From: Squalus acanthias
Lineage: Eukaryota
Length of the DNA stretch: 64,000 nt
Assembly: GCA_030390025.1 (NCBI GenBank)
Contig: CM059432.1
Coordinates: 104,224,001 to 104,288,000 of the forward strand
Direction: 5' to 3'
Shown here: positions 1 through 10,676 of the stretch, one piece after another
How positions within the stretch are numbered: position 1 is the first letter of the stretch
How the letters are laid out: every line of letters starts with the position of its first letter
Notes under the pieces: model-generated
Databases searched by the model: none
What the model saw: the letters and a program-made list of their open reading frames with translations, nothing else
Told to the model about the DNA's origin: nothing
Position numbers and translations under genes: made by a program

Positions 1-3000
1 TATTACCAAAAAGAATGGGATTTTTGTTTATTTACTGTTTCGTTACATACTTTTCCGATTACATTGGGTAAATACTGATTAAAAATTATTCATCCCCAGT
101 AGCTCAAAGGGCCGTATGGCCTACTCCTGCTCCTAATTCTTATGTTCTTATGTACCTTCAGATTTTTTTTAGATAACAAGTTTAATTAATGGGAAATGGA
201 TGTTTCTAAACTTCTTGCCAGATTATTGACAGACTATCCAGGGCTGGTGTATTACTTTCCTTGAATCTACAGTAGAAGCAGCTGAACTTCATGTTCCTAT
301 GTCACAAAAGTCATGACTAAAATAGGAAAAAAATTACCCTTTTATTTGCTCCGTTTTTAGCTCACTCTGAGTTTGCCTTAAACACCTATCTGGCACAGTA
401 ACAGTTCTTAGCCTGTTTAAAATAGTAGTACAGTTAGTGTGCCTGCACTGGCAAATCACAAGATTACTTTCCAATAACGTGTTTGGGCCTGAAGATTTTA
501 TGATTTTGTTTATGCATGCTATGTGGCTTTCCCTCATTCCTGAAATGGATAAAGTATTAACCAAACAACTATTAGTCAGTTTGTCTGTTGTGATATACAA
601 GTTCCTTGGAGTCCATTTTTTCCAAACACCTCCTTGTATCTAAAAATGTTTCTGCCTGTGGTTAGAGAGGACAAAGGGAAATCTGGTGCTGGCTTAACTT
701 CAGTATATTGTATTTCTGGAAGCCCCATTGGAAAGCTTTGCAGGATTTGTTCACCCTGATCAGTGAAAATAGGGATGATTCTTCCAAAGACAGGTTCATT
801 TGAACTTAATGGATAGATATTCTGATAGGGGAAAAAACACAAACATGGTATAATCATCCAATTACTTTAGAATTTGTGGAATTTACCAGCCCTCTCTCGA
901 TGCAGCAATATTAACCTCTTATTCTTGCTTTTTCTTCTTTCAATATCATGAACAATATGAAAGTACAACTAAAGGGATGATAACATACCATGGCCTCTGA
1001 AACATCCAAAAGTGCTTATTACTTTCTCTTGGTTTAACCTGCATTTCTACAATATTTGTGGAATCTCCTTTGACTCTTCAATCTGTCCATTTCATATTCA
1101 GTCATGCTCCCCTCTTCTTCTGTTTCTTACAGAAACCCAAGTTTAATTCCTTTATGGTTCTTTTCCTTCCAACTTCTGATCCAAAGAAGGGCATCTGTTT
1201 ATGTTCATTCTGATGTCTCTGTTGTTCATCTTAGTTCCCTGAATCACCTTACTACAATTTCCCTCTTTGCACAAAGTTGATCTGCTCTCGCTCTTAACCT
1301 CTTAACTGTCTGATATTTCCAATTACTTGCCAAGCCAAGCCGAATCAAATCAATGAAAACAATGTGCAAGCTTCATTCTCTTGCATTTATACAGTCATGC
1401 ACAGAGCACCCTCCTGTCCTGAGGCAACATCATGATGCACTAAAAATATAATACTGTTTTTCTAGATTGAACAGCAAACTGTAAAGAAGATATTTAACCT
1501 TCCAAACTGTGCAGAGGTTTGAAATAAAAATGTAAGCAAAACTGGATTTTTTTTAGGTCCTGTTCAGCTAGGTCAAAAGATTTTTTAAGAAGCTCCATCA
1601 CCTGGCATCTTACACACAGGCCTGGGAATTTGACCACCATCAGCATTCTCGTATCTTGACTTTGCTTTGTGCCATGACACTGGCGCATTGAATCAAAATT
1701 ACATTTAGCAGGCTGCAAGAGGAGGCAGGGGATTCAAAAGCAGAATATGCAAAAATTGCTGCTGTGAAGTATGAAGCTTAAATTGTTTATCTTTGGAATA
1801 CCATCAGCAGTATGAGAATTGTGCATTGGCAATCAATGGTGTTGAATAAGGCCTTTACCCTTTAAACAGATTCATAAAGTTAAAGACCGTAATATATTTG
1901 ATAATTCACTTCATTTATTATTGACAAAACATGAATCATAAATACCCATAGAGTAGTGCACATTAGCTCCGTGTCCAAAGCTCACGTGTGTAGATTTAAT
2001 GAGGACCTATGAAGATGACTTCTCCAAGTCAGTTCACGTCACCAGGTCTTGAAGGCAGCAACAGTCTCTTTCTAACTAAGTAAAAACATGGCATCTCTTT
2101 TATACCTTTTCTTTACAGCCTACGTCCTGCTAGATTCAACACTATCTGATGTTTGATGACTACCCAGTTGTTTGAACCGATTGCCAAACAGAGATGAGAG
2201 GCCCCATGCCTTATCATAACATATTGTTACTTCCTATCATTTCTTTTCCTGAGCCATAGCTTTGTTGTAAACAACCTTTGATGCACGCACTCATAACAGC
2301 ATATTGCCTTTTATATTGCAGAAATCTCCTTCCCATTACTCTACCCCCCACTGTAATGAAAAGCCTGTGTTTTAAAAACGTATGTGTTTCAATCTTCTTT
2401 AAACTCAATATTTCTCTGCCTAGCTTATTTATTTATATGTGCCCATCTTTACAATACAATATCTCTGAAATTCATCCTTCTCTAATGTTATCAACATCAC
2501 TGGGGGAAAAAGGCAGGTTTTTTGAGAACATGATTTAAACCAATTCTGTCTACATTACTGTTTTGTCTTTGTTAGAATAAAAACTAATGGAAAAATATAT
2601 CAATATTCTTACAATTAGCACTCACATAAGATAGAAGCATGAGAAGCCACCCAACCAGGATAGTATTCAAGATATTTCTCCCTGGTCCAATTTTTGCTTA
2701 TACTTTTCTATTTGAGCCAATGAATTAACTGATGTTGTTCCATGGAATGTTTCATATCTCAGTCTTCCCCTTCTGTCAGATCTGATACTACATCTTGGTT
2801 CAATTATTCCTTCCGCTGTCTTGTAAAAATTCTGCTTATCATACCTTGCATCTTGTTCAGTCTGAAGCATCCTTTGCCAACATTGAATCTGCTGGTAACT
2901 TCCATATATCCATTATTAGAGATGCTAAATACAACTTTAAGGAATGTTTTCTTGCCCCTCCACCATCTGCTCTTTTGGGTCCCTTGCCAAAGCTATCATC

Positions 3001-3134
3001 ACTACTGAAAATGCTGATGATATAGTTATCAGCTCTGCTAAAGAGAAAACTAGTTTTTGAAAGTTTTGTGGCATGGTTTACATCTAAAGAAATCACAAAA
3101 TGGCCTCACACCATACCTATATTCATGATCATAC
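1..3134 (-). pseudogene. Decayed endogenous viral element: C-terminal half of an L protein (RdRp) of a segmented negative-strand RNA virus (Bunyaviricetes-like); may continue past the left window edge
   Basis: Minus-strand translation gives motif B-like GMV*GHFVISLDVNH (3117-3073) in frame with motif C IFSSDDS (SSDD 3006-2995). After frameshifts come a motif D-like ENIP*S and motif E-like GYMEVTSRFNVG (EVTSRF 2902-2885). Minus-strand ORF pieces 2857-3096, 2667-2870, 2214-2408, 1494-1718, 576-857 and 334-600 lie along the rest. Confidence 0.62.
103..153 (+). mobile_element. CR1/HE1-type 3' tail fragment
   Basis: gggccgtatggcctactcctgctcctaattcttatgttcttatgt, same tail as at 25580-25627 and 37740-37783. 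Confidence 0.7.
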
Positions 3135-3479
3135 TGTTGTCGGGTTCCCTCGTGTCAGGGACGCTCAGCCCTAGGTTACTCTGTCAGTGATTCAGCTTGG
3201 TAATCCCAATTGGGTATAACAAGGCTTTATTGTAACACTTAGCAGAATCAATCATACACACAGTATTCAAACAATAATTAACAGATTCAAGGTTGGTTTT
3301 ACCCGAGCTTCTGGACAACAGTGCTGTGTGGAAGGTTTTGTTCAAAATCTGTTGTGTTTCATTCTGTTTCTGCTCTTGCACTTATACACCTTTCTCATGT
3401 CTCTGTGGTGCATGAATATTATTAGCCGGAACTCATTGGCTCCACACTGTCTAGTTTTAACCAGCCATTCTCTTACACA
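3135..3479 (-). mobile_element. LTR-like sequence (solo LTR, or 3' LTR of the minus-strand retroelement)
   Basis: On the minus strand: TG start, CCAAT (3439-3435), TATAA (3386-3382), AATAAA (3231-3226), CAACA end at 3135. No TSD or second copy seen. Confidence 0.5.
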
Positions 3480-3516
3480 GAGAGGGCAGGATTTTAACTC
3501 GGAAGTGGGGAGGGAG

Positions 3517-3745
3517 TGATGTTGTTTGCGGGATAAATATTGGCTAGGACACTGGGGATCTTTCAGTTTAACGTCTTATCTGAAAGGCGGCACCTCCGAC
3601 AGTGCAGCACTCCCTCAGTACTGAGGGAGTGCTGCACTGGAGTGTCAGCCTATATTTTTGTGCTCAAGTCTCTGGAGTGGGACTTAAAGCCACAACCTTC
3701 TGACTCAGAGGTGAGGGTTCTACCAACTGAGCCACGGCTGACACA
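3517..3745 (-). mobile_element. Deu-domain tRNA-derived SINE (SacSINE1-like), partial
   Basis: Reverse complement of the head and body of the SINE at 41826-42290. Confidence 0.8.
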
Positions 3746-3749
3746 CAGT

Positions 3750-4443
3750 TGATATTAAATTGGTTGATATGATACCATCTGCTACTTCTCACGTTCTTCT
3801 TCCTGGTACCCTGAATCAAGTACACTGATGGGCTAGCTTTATTGATTATAGGGATCAGTCCTTTCCATCTCGGTGCAAATTGGTGTTCCTTTCTGCCATA
3901 ATCTATTACCATTACTGTGTCGCCGACCTGATACTCAAAAGGTCGTACCATTTTGTCGAAGTAACTTTTCATTTGCTTTTTTTTGATTTGCCCAATTGTT
4001 TAGCCACGTACATGTTTGTGGTTCTGACTGATTCTTCCATTTTTTGTACCCAATTTTCAGTAACTTGGGGTTAACAAGTAACCAGGTGTCCTCATCAACC
4101 TTCCGGTCATAGCCTGATATGTGAGGTGGCTCTGACAGCCATTAAACACATAGGAAGCATATTTACCCCTTGTGTGGGGTGATCGGCACAAAATTTCCCC
4201 GAGCATCGTTTTTAGGGTTTGGTTACCCCTTGCCACTACCCCTGAGGATTGTGGGTGATGGGAAGTGTGTAACCTCTGTTTGATTCCCACCATTGCCTGT
4301 AGTTCGGCAAAAAGTTTCCCTGTGAAATGTGACCCCTGATCACTTTCCACCTGTTGTGGTATTCCCCACCTGCAGATCACCTCGCACAATAACATGCGAG
4401 CTGCGGCTAAAGCTGTGTTGGTGGGTACCAGGAAAGCCTCTAT
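3750..4443 (-). mobile_element. Retroelement integrase, core and C-terminal part (lokiretrovirus/Gypsy NYNRIN-like), 3' piece
   Basis: IEAF...RWGIPQQVESDQGSHFTG...HHPQSSGVVARGNQTLK, then YQVGDTVMV...APRWKG...WYHINQ; frameshifted. Confidence 0.85.
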
Positions 4444-5575
4444 TGTGAAGGAATAAGCCATATAACCTATTCAGAAAAATACACTATCTTATGAAAGAAT
4501 TCTGGCCTTATTAAAACATGACAAACTGGGTTTGGAAATTTAGAAACCTAACTATAAAATAGCTATGAAAGAATTCTGGCTATTGAGAAAAGACAGTTGT
4601 TGACCCTGAATAAATAACCTTATTGAAACAAAAGGTGCATGGCTCCAACCTTTGGGAACAAAAACAATGGTTCACCCTGGATAAGGTGTTCCAATTTAAA
4701 CTTCGTAAAGATGGCACACAAGATAAGGAACATCTGCCCTTGTAAAGATGACATAAAATAAGGAACACCTGCCTTTCACACCGTTCTATATGGTGACCCT
4801 AGAACACCTGGAGATGAGACAAGATTCTGGCTAATGTAGTAGTAAGATTTGCAGAGGTCGGCAGAAAGATAAATAGGGATAATTGACTTGCATCAGCAGA
4901 AACATTAAAGGAAATACCACTGGAAAAGGGTACAAATATTGAAGTTTCAGATGGGATATCAGACTCGCTTTAATCGGGCAAAGTGATTCTCGGCTACAGA
5001 AGCAGCTCTGTAGTCTACCACTCTTTGTACCTCGGGGATCAAAGGTATTTGATATTGATGGATATCCTGTATAGAAACCTTTAAGAACTGTAATACTGTA
5101 GCGAAGTTAAGATTTATAAGTAAGATTCTCTGTTAAAAAGATAGTATTTTTTCTCTTTTTAGAACTGTTAATGTTGCGATTGACTGATTCAGCAACTGTA
5201 AATTGCATGTCGGTTCTTTTAATAAATCTCTATATTTTTAGAATTGTCTCACATAAGTCTTCTGTATCAATAACTCGTGAACTCAATTTCTGTACACTCT
5301 TTGGTGAAGAGTTACAGAATTTTGAGGGTGTTTTCCGGACCCTCATAATATCCGGGAGGTTACAGTCTAGCTAAACTTATTAAAAGCACTATCTGGAGGA
5401 CGGTAACATTCTCGGGTTGTTCCTTTCCTTTAGGGAGAGATAGCCTGGACCTTTAGACCCAATTAAGCGTCTTTAGGATTTGGCTACCTCAAACTTTAGT
5501 TGAAAGTGAACGTCTGAGAAATATGCCTGATCCGGGGTAGCCCTAAAGGGGCTAGGACTAGTAAAAATCCCTTCA
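4444..5575 (+). repeat. 5' LTR of foamy-like ERV
   Basis: Starts TGTGAAGG, ends CCTTCA; direct repeat of 8130-9267; TACAAA at 4931 (TATAAA in the 3' LTR); AATAAA at 5221. Confidence 0.95.
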
Positions 5576-5577
5576 GT

Positions 5578-5595
5578 TGTGAACCAACGTGTGTG
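5578..5595 (+). promoter_or_regulatory. Degenerate primer-binding site, tRNA-Lys1,2 type
   Basis: TGTGAACCAACGTGTGTG 2 nt after the LTR; 11 of 18 positions match TGGCGCCCAACGTGGGGC, including the CCAACGTG core. Confidence 0.5.
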
Positions 5596-5689
5596 TTAAT
5601 GAGTTGATACAGAACCCTATACTTATATTTATAGCTATATCCATCTCGTAGATTGTTAAGTATAGAAGGAGTGTTTTGCTGACAGTGGT

Positions 5690-7500
5690 ACTGAGACCCA
5701 GATTTAAGTCTCTAGAGATGACAAGTCCCTGATCAAGGCCTTGTAGAACTTAAATCAGAACTCCCTCAATATACCATTGAGGTCTAGAAATTTCTTATAA
5801 AGTTCATATTAAATCCTAACCGAGGTTAGGTTCTGATGAAATGGCAAACCCTGTTGGAATTGGCCAAGTCTTTTTATTAGGAAATTCAAACGATTGCTAC
5901 CATCAAGTCATTTACTGTGATGGATCGTCAATGACGATTAAAAAAGGGACATCCCAACAATCCTCAGCTGGGATGGGGATAGTAGTAGGGACTTTCGAGA
6001 TTCCTATTCTTTTTATCCAGAAGAATTACTGTCCATACCCCTTGGCCATAAGACAGCGCAATATGCTGAAGCTGCAACACTACGGTATGCTTTAGAAAAG
6101 GCAGACCCTATTAAACCCACATTAATCTGTACAGATAGTGACTATTGTAAAAGAGGATATAACCAAGATCTAGTTTTCTGGGACAAACAAACTTTACCAA
6201 TCATAAGAGTAAACCCATAAAACATAAGTCATTATGGGAAGACATTCTCCGTTCGAGGATGGAGAAACAGAATTGTCAGGTGATTCATGTAAACAGGCAT
6301 ACCACTGGGACAGTACACTCAAAAGGAAACAGTCTTGCAGACGAACAAGCGAAATGTTCAGTCTGCATGACACCCCCTCGAGAGGGGCCTGCCAATATTA
6401 GTGTTATCACTAGGGCAGAATGGGCAGCTAATCAGGATGAAGAACTGATTCAGCTATTAGACTCAACAAAAGAGAATCCACCAGGATATTCATCAAAGTA
6501 TTTTTACTCGGAAACCCCTACTGGTATTATGCTAGTTAAATTGCCCAAGGGAAACCGAGAGGTAGCCCCAAGATACAAACGAGAACAGCTTGTAAAAGAA
6601 GCTCACGAGGGCATAGGTCAAGCACATTGTGGTGCCAGAATAACATTCTGCAAGTTGACTCCTTTTTATTGGTGGCCAGGCATGCTTAAGGCCTGTAAAA
6701 CATATGTAGCAAATTGTGAGCCATGCAATTTAACCAATAAGTCATCACTAATTAACCCACCACCATTGGCTCCTCTGAAAGCTGATGAACCAATGGGAAA
6801 ATTCTTTATTGACTTCATTGGACAACTTCCCCGGTCTTACACTCCGATCAAGGTGGAGCCTTTGTCTCCAAGGTCTTCAAGGACTACTGCAAATAAAGGG
6901 GGATTGGGTTAGAGCACAGCACGCCACGTCATCCGCAGTCAGCGGGGCTGGTGGAACGTAAAAACCTGGAAGTAAAAAAGCTATTGGTCAAACTGTTGAG
7001 AATCAGGGGGAAATAAGTGGACCACCGTCATTCCGGAGGTGCAGCTATCACTTAATAATGTGCCAGCATCTGCATCAGGGACAGTGTCTCCTAAAACTCC
7101 ATATTATCTAATGTATAGGGTTGAGATGCATACACTGCTTACCCATGGTTCTTTTATTGCCTCTGCACTCTCTGATTCCTTGACCCGACAGCGACAGTTA
7201 GATTTAAAAAAAGAAGTAACAGAGGAGATACATCAAATTGATCAGAGGATAAGAGAGACAAATAGGCAGAAAAAATTGACAAACAAAGCATGGCAACCCC
7301 TAGCAGGAGAATGGGTACAGGAAAAGAAGTTCAAGCAAAAACCTGATTTAAGACCTAAGTGGAAAAAACCTGTTCAAATACATTCCGTTATTAACGAAAG
7401 AACTGTTGAAATACATATTAATCTGCCGAATGGCAAGCACATTTTTAAAACTGTCTCCATAGACAATCTAAAAAGATGTCCTGCAGGATACCGAAATGGA
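5690..7500 (+). pseudogene. pol: Foamy-like pol remnant: RNase H and integrase (gag, protease and RT deleted)
   Basis: IYCDGSS...SAGMGIV; SIPLGHKTAQYAE; HSKGNSLADEQA; HHCC zinc finger with [66 protein letters not shown]. Colinear with prototype foamy virus Pol as I recall it. Contains stops, frameshifts and an internal deletion near 6838. Confidence 0.9.
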
Positions 7501-7960
7501 GGAACAATACAAGGTGTAGTCGTACACTGTCTTCCAAGACCCAGCTTGGAGCACGACACAGGAAATGGAAGCGATCGAACTACTGACGACGGTCAGTCAG
7601 ACGGTGTCGCCGACTCCTCCACACGATGCTTGGCAACGCCTCAGAAATTGGATTCGCAAAAAGCCACAACAAAAACAAGTAAAGACCAACAAGTTACTTC
7701 AACGAAGGAGGGAAACACTGCGGATGGAGAAGGAATCAACTGAGCTTCTGGCAAGGCCTTTACAAAAACAAGAATCTGTCCTCACGCTGGATCAATGGAA
7801 CAGCATGTCAAGCTTCAGCCAGCTCCAAATGACGTCTCCTTGACTCGTATGACTAACTCACCTCTACAGAACGTACATCTGCCAATTGGACATTCTAATT
7901 ACATGTTGTTTCGCTAATTGCATGACAATGTACCTATCATTCTTTTAATTTCTGTTCAAT
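7496..7960 (+). pseudogene. Possible env leader-peptide remnant of the foamy-like ERV
   Basis: Frame begins at the pol 3' end (ORF 7565-7843); LTLDQW and, past stops, ILITCCF resemble foamy Env leader MTLQQW and LLYTCCA. Confidence 0.35.
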
Positions 7961-8119
7961 TTAAAATAAGACAAAACATTGTCCTGGGATGACTTAAAGG
8001 AATTTTCATGTAGCACATGATTGGGCTCTTGGGAATCTCATGAAATTAATGTACTATTGCAACCTTATTTGTAACATTGACCAAACTCTGTCCTTGATGC
8101 TCGAGCTCATTTTTTGGTC

Positions 8120-8129
8120 GAGATGGGGG
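8120..8129 (+). promoter_or_regulatory. Polypurine tract
   Basis: GAGATGGGGG immediately before the 3' LTR, preceded by a T-run. Confidence 0.7.
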
Positions 8130-9267
8130 TGTGAAGGAATAAGCCATATAACCTATTCAAAAAAATACACTATCTTATGAAAGAATTCTGGCCTTATTAA
8201 AACATGACAAACAGGGTTTGGAAATTTAGAAACCTAACTATGAAATAGCTATGAAAGAATTCTGGCTATTGAGATAAGACAGTTGTTGACCCTGAATAAA
8301 TAGCCTTATTGAAACAAAAGGTGCATGGCTCTGACAGGCTGACCTTTGGGAACAAAAACAATGGTTCACCCTGGATAAGGTGTTCCAATTTAAACTTCGT
8401 AAAGATGGCACACAAGATAAGGAACATCTGCCCTCTTAAAGATGACAAAATAAGGAACACCTGCCTTTCACGCCGTTCTATATAGTGACCCTAGAACACA
8501 TGGAGATGAGACAAGATTTTGGCTGATGTAGCAGTAAGAATTGCAGAGGTCAACAGAAAGATGAATAGGGATAATTGACTTGCATCAGCAGAAACATTAA
8601 AGGAAATACCACTGGAAAAGGGTATAAATATTGAATTTTCAAATGGGATATCAGACTCACTTTAATCGGGCAAAGCGATTCTTGGCTACAGAGGCAGCTC
8701 TGTAGTCTACCACTCTTTGTACCTCGGGGATCAAAGGTATTTGATATTGATGGATATCCTGTATAGAAACCTTTAAGAACTGTAATACTGTAGCGAAGTT
8801 AAGATTTAAAAGTAAGATTCTCTGTTAAAAAGATAGTATTTTTTCTCTTTTTAGAACTGTTAATGTTGCGATTGACTGATTCACCAACTGTAAATTGCTT
8901 GTCGGTTCTTTTAATAAATCTCTATATTTTTAGAATTGTCTCATATAAGTCTTCTGAATCAATAACTCGCAAACTCAATTTCTGTACACTCTTTGGTGAA
9001 GAGTTACAGAATTCTGAGGGTGTTTTCCGGACCCTCATAATATCCGGGATGTTACAGTCTAGCTAAACTTATTAAAAGCGCTATCTGGAGGACGGTAACA
9101 TTCTCGGGTTGTTCCTTTCCTTTAGGAAGAGATAGCCCGGACCTTTAGACCCAATTAATCGTTGTTAGGATTCGGCTACCTCAAACCTTAGTTGAAAGTG
9201 AACGTCTGAGAAATACGCCTGATCCGGGGTAGCCCTAAAGGGGCTAGGACTAGTAAAAATCCCTTCA
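8130..9267 (+). repeat. 3' LTR of foamy-like ERV
   Basis: Direct repeat of 4444-5575; TATAAA 8623-8628; AATAAA 8913-8918; followed by CTAT. Confidence 0.95.
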
Positions 9268-10170
9268 CTATCCATTCAGTAAACTTATCCAAGATGAGTA
9301 GACAGTGAACAAAACCACCTGGCACTTGTGGTAGTGGCCCAATAAAATCAATTTGAATATGGGTCCAAAGACCATCTGCCAGAGGTGCTGACCTTAAAAA
9401 CACTCTATGAACACTAGCACCTGGGTTATGCTGCAGATAAACAAAACATCGACTAACTCTGTGAACAATATTGGATTTAAGGGAGGCCACCAGGCTGATT
9501 CTTTATTTTAGAGAAAGTAGTGTCCGATGACGCATGACCGCCCATAGGTGATGAGTGAAACATTTGGAAAAAGCCCTCTGCGTAACTGGGTGGCACGCAT
9601 ACAACTGGGAATTGGCACCCAGGCCCTTTGTACACGAGGACCGAATGTGACTCCTGGATCAGGAGAGTCGTACGGTGGGCATATTGCGTGGATTGTGGAA
9701 GAGGCTTCACTTGGTTGTGCCACTCACGGATCTATAAGTAGGGCTCATATTCATTCTGTAAGCTGTGCAGGTCAACAGGGGGCGTTGGAGGGTCCCACCA
9801 CTGACACCTGCTGCATGAGAGCAGGTTCCCACGGCACCCCGTGCTGCACTGCCGCCTTAGCATGTTGCTCAACCAACAAGTTTCTGTGGGCATGTGGGTA
9901 TTCTGTTTTGCTATAAGCCTTGACTTTCCTGAGGTAGATAGGCGCCCTCCTATCTCGTAGTGCCACCCAAAGTTGGGAGAGCATTGCTGCATGTACCAGT
10001 GGTTTCCGGTCCATGGTGCAGAAGTTATGTTGGTAGCAAAGCGATAACAACAGTACTCTGTTGATGATATAGGCACCATCCGAATAGATGTTGGTAGCCA
10101 TACCGGATGAGATGTGAACAGCCATTAGTAAGGCCGCTAATTCAGCATACTGTGCAGAGTGCGTGTTACA
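9268..10170 (-). mobile_element. Retroelement RNase H and integrase N-terminus (lokiretrovirus/Gypsy NYNRIN-like), 5' piece
   Basis: HSAQYAELAA, NIYSDGAY, LRKVKAY; FHSSPMGGH; WTHIQIDFIGPLP...ILDKFTEWI joins IEAF at 4443 once the ERV is removed. Confidence 0.85.
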
Positions 10171-10676
10171 CCTGCACAATGCAGTTCAGCCATAGACGTT
10201 ATACAAACACTTCTACCAGGTTGAACTCCATTGTGCCAGTTTGTTTTGACCTAAAGCTAACATTAAACTAAATAACCTCTTAACACTTTAGTTCCAAAAA
10301 CTATACCCCAGCCAGGCTTGTGGGATGGATGGTAGGGTTGTGGTGTGTGGATGAACATGAACTATGAGATGACTGAGCGAGTCCACTGCTATGTTGTCTG
10401 CTTCACCTAAATGCTCAGCTGAGAGTAATCATCTGACTGAAACATCAATATCCGAGTAGGATGACATCTTAACAAATGAAGTGAGAGCCACCCCACATCT
10501 TCCTCTGATGGTTGATGCTATGGTCCACCACACTGCTGTTTAACTACACTCATACCCAGTTGCTCTGTGCTGTTGTCTGAAGATGCTTTTACAACCTCAA
10601 GTTTCAATTGATTGATGTTCCAAGTGGATTACTTAACCCGAGCTCAGTTTCAAACATACATATCAACAATGACTGT

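Larger units (their letters stand above)
4444..9267 (+). mobile_element. Endogenous foamy-virus-like (Spumaretrovirinae-like) provirus, internally deleted
   Basis: Two ~1.13 kb TG...CA LTRs, CTAT TSD (4440-4443 and 9268-9271), degenerate Lys1,2-type PBS, PPT, and foamy-type RNase H and integrase motifs. Confidence 0.9.

Noticed and set aside
5171..5374. Small ORFs repeated in both LTRs (also 4580-4768, 8266-8460, 8863-9066) as accessory genes
   Set aside because: Short, no recognisable motif, and duplicated only because the LTR is.
7200..7235. Central polypurine tract of the foamy-like ERV
   Set aside because: Purine-rich, but no exact copy of the 3' PPT.
4444..9267. The 1.1 kb direct repeat as a segmental duplication or assembly artefact
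   Set aside because: TG...CA ends, TSD, PPT and scattered differences between the copies show they are LTRs.
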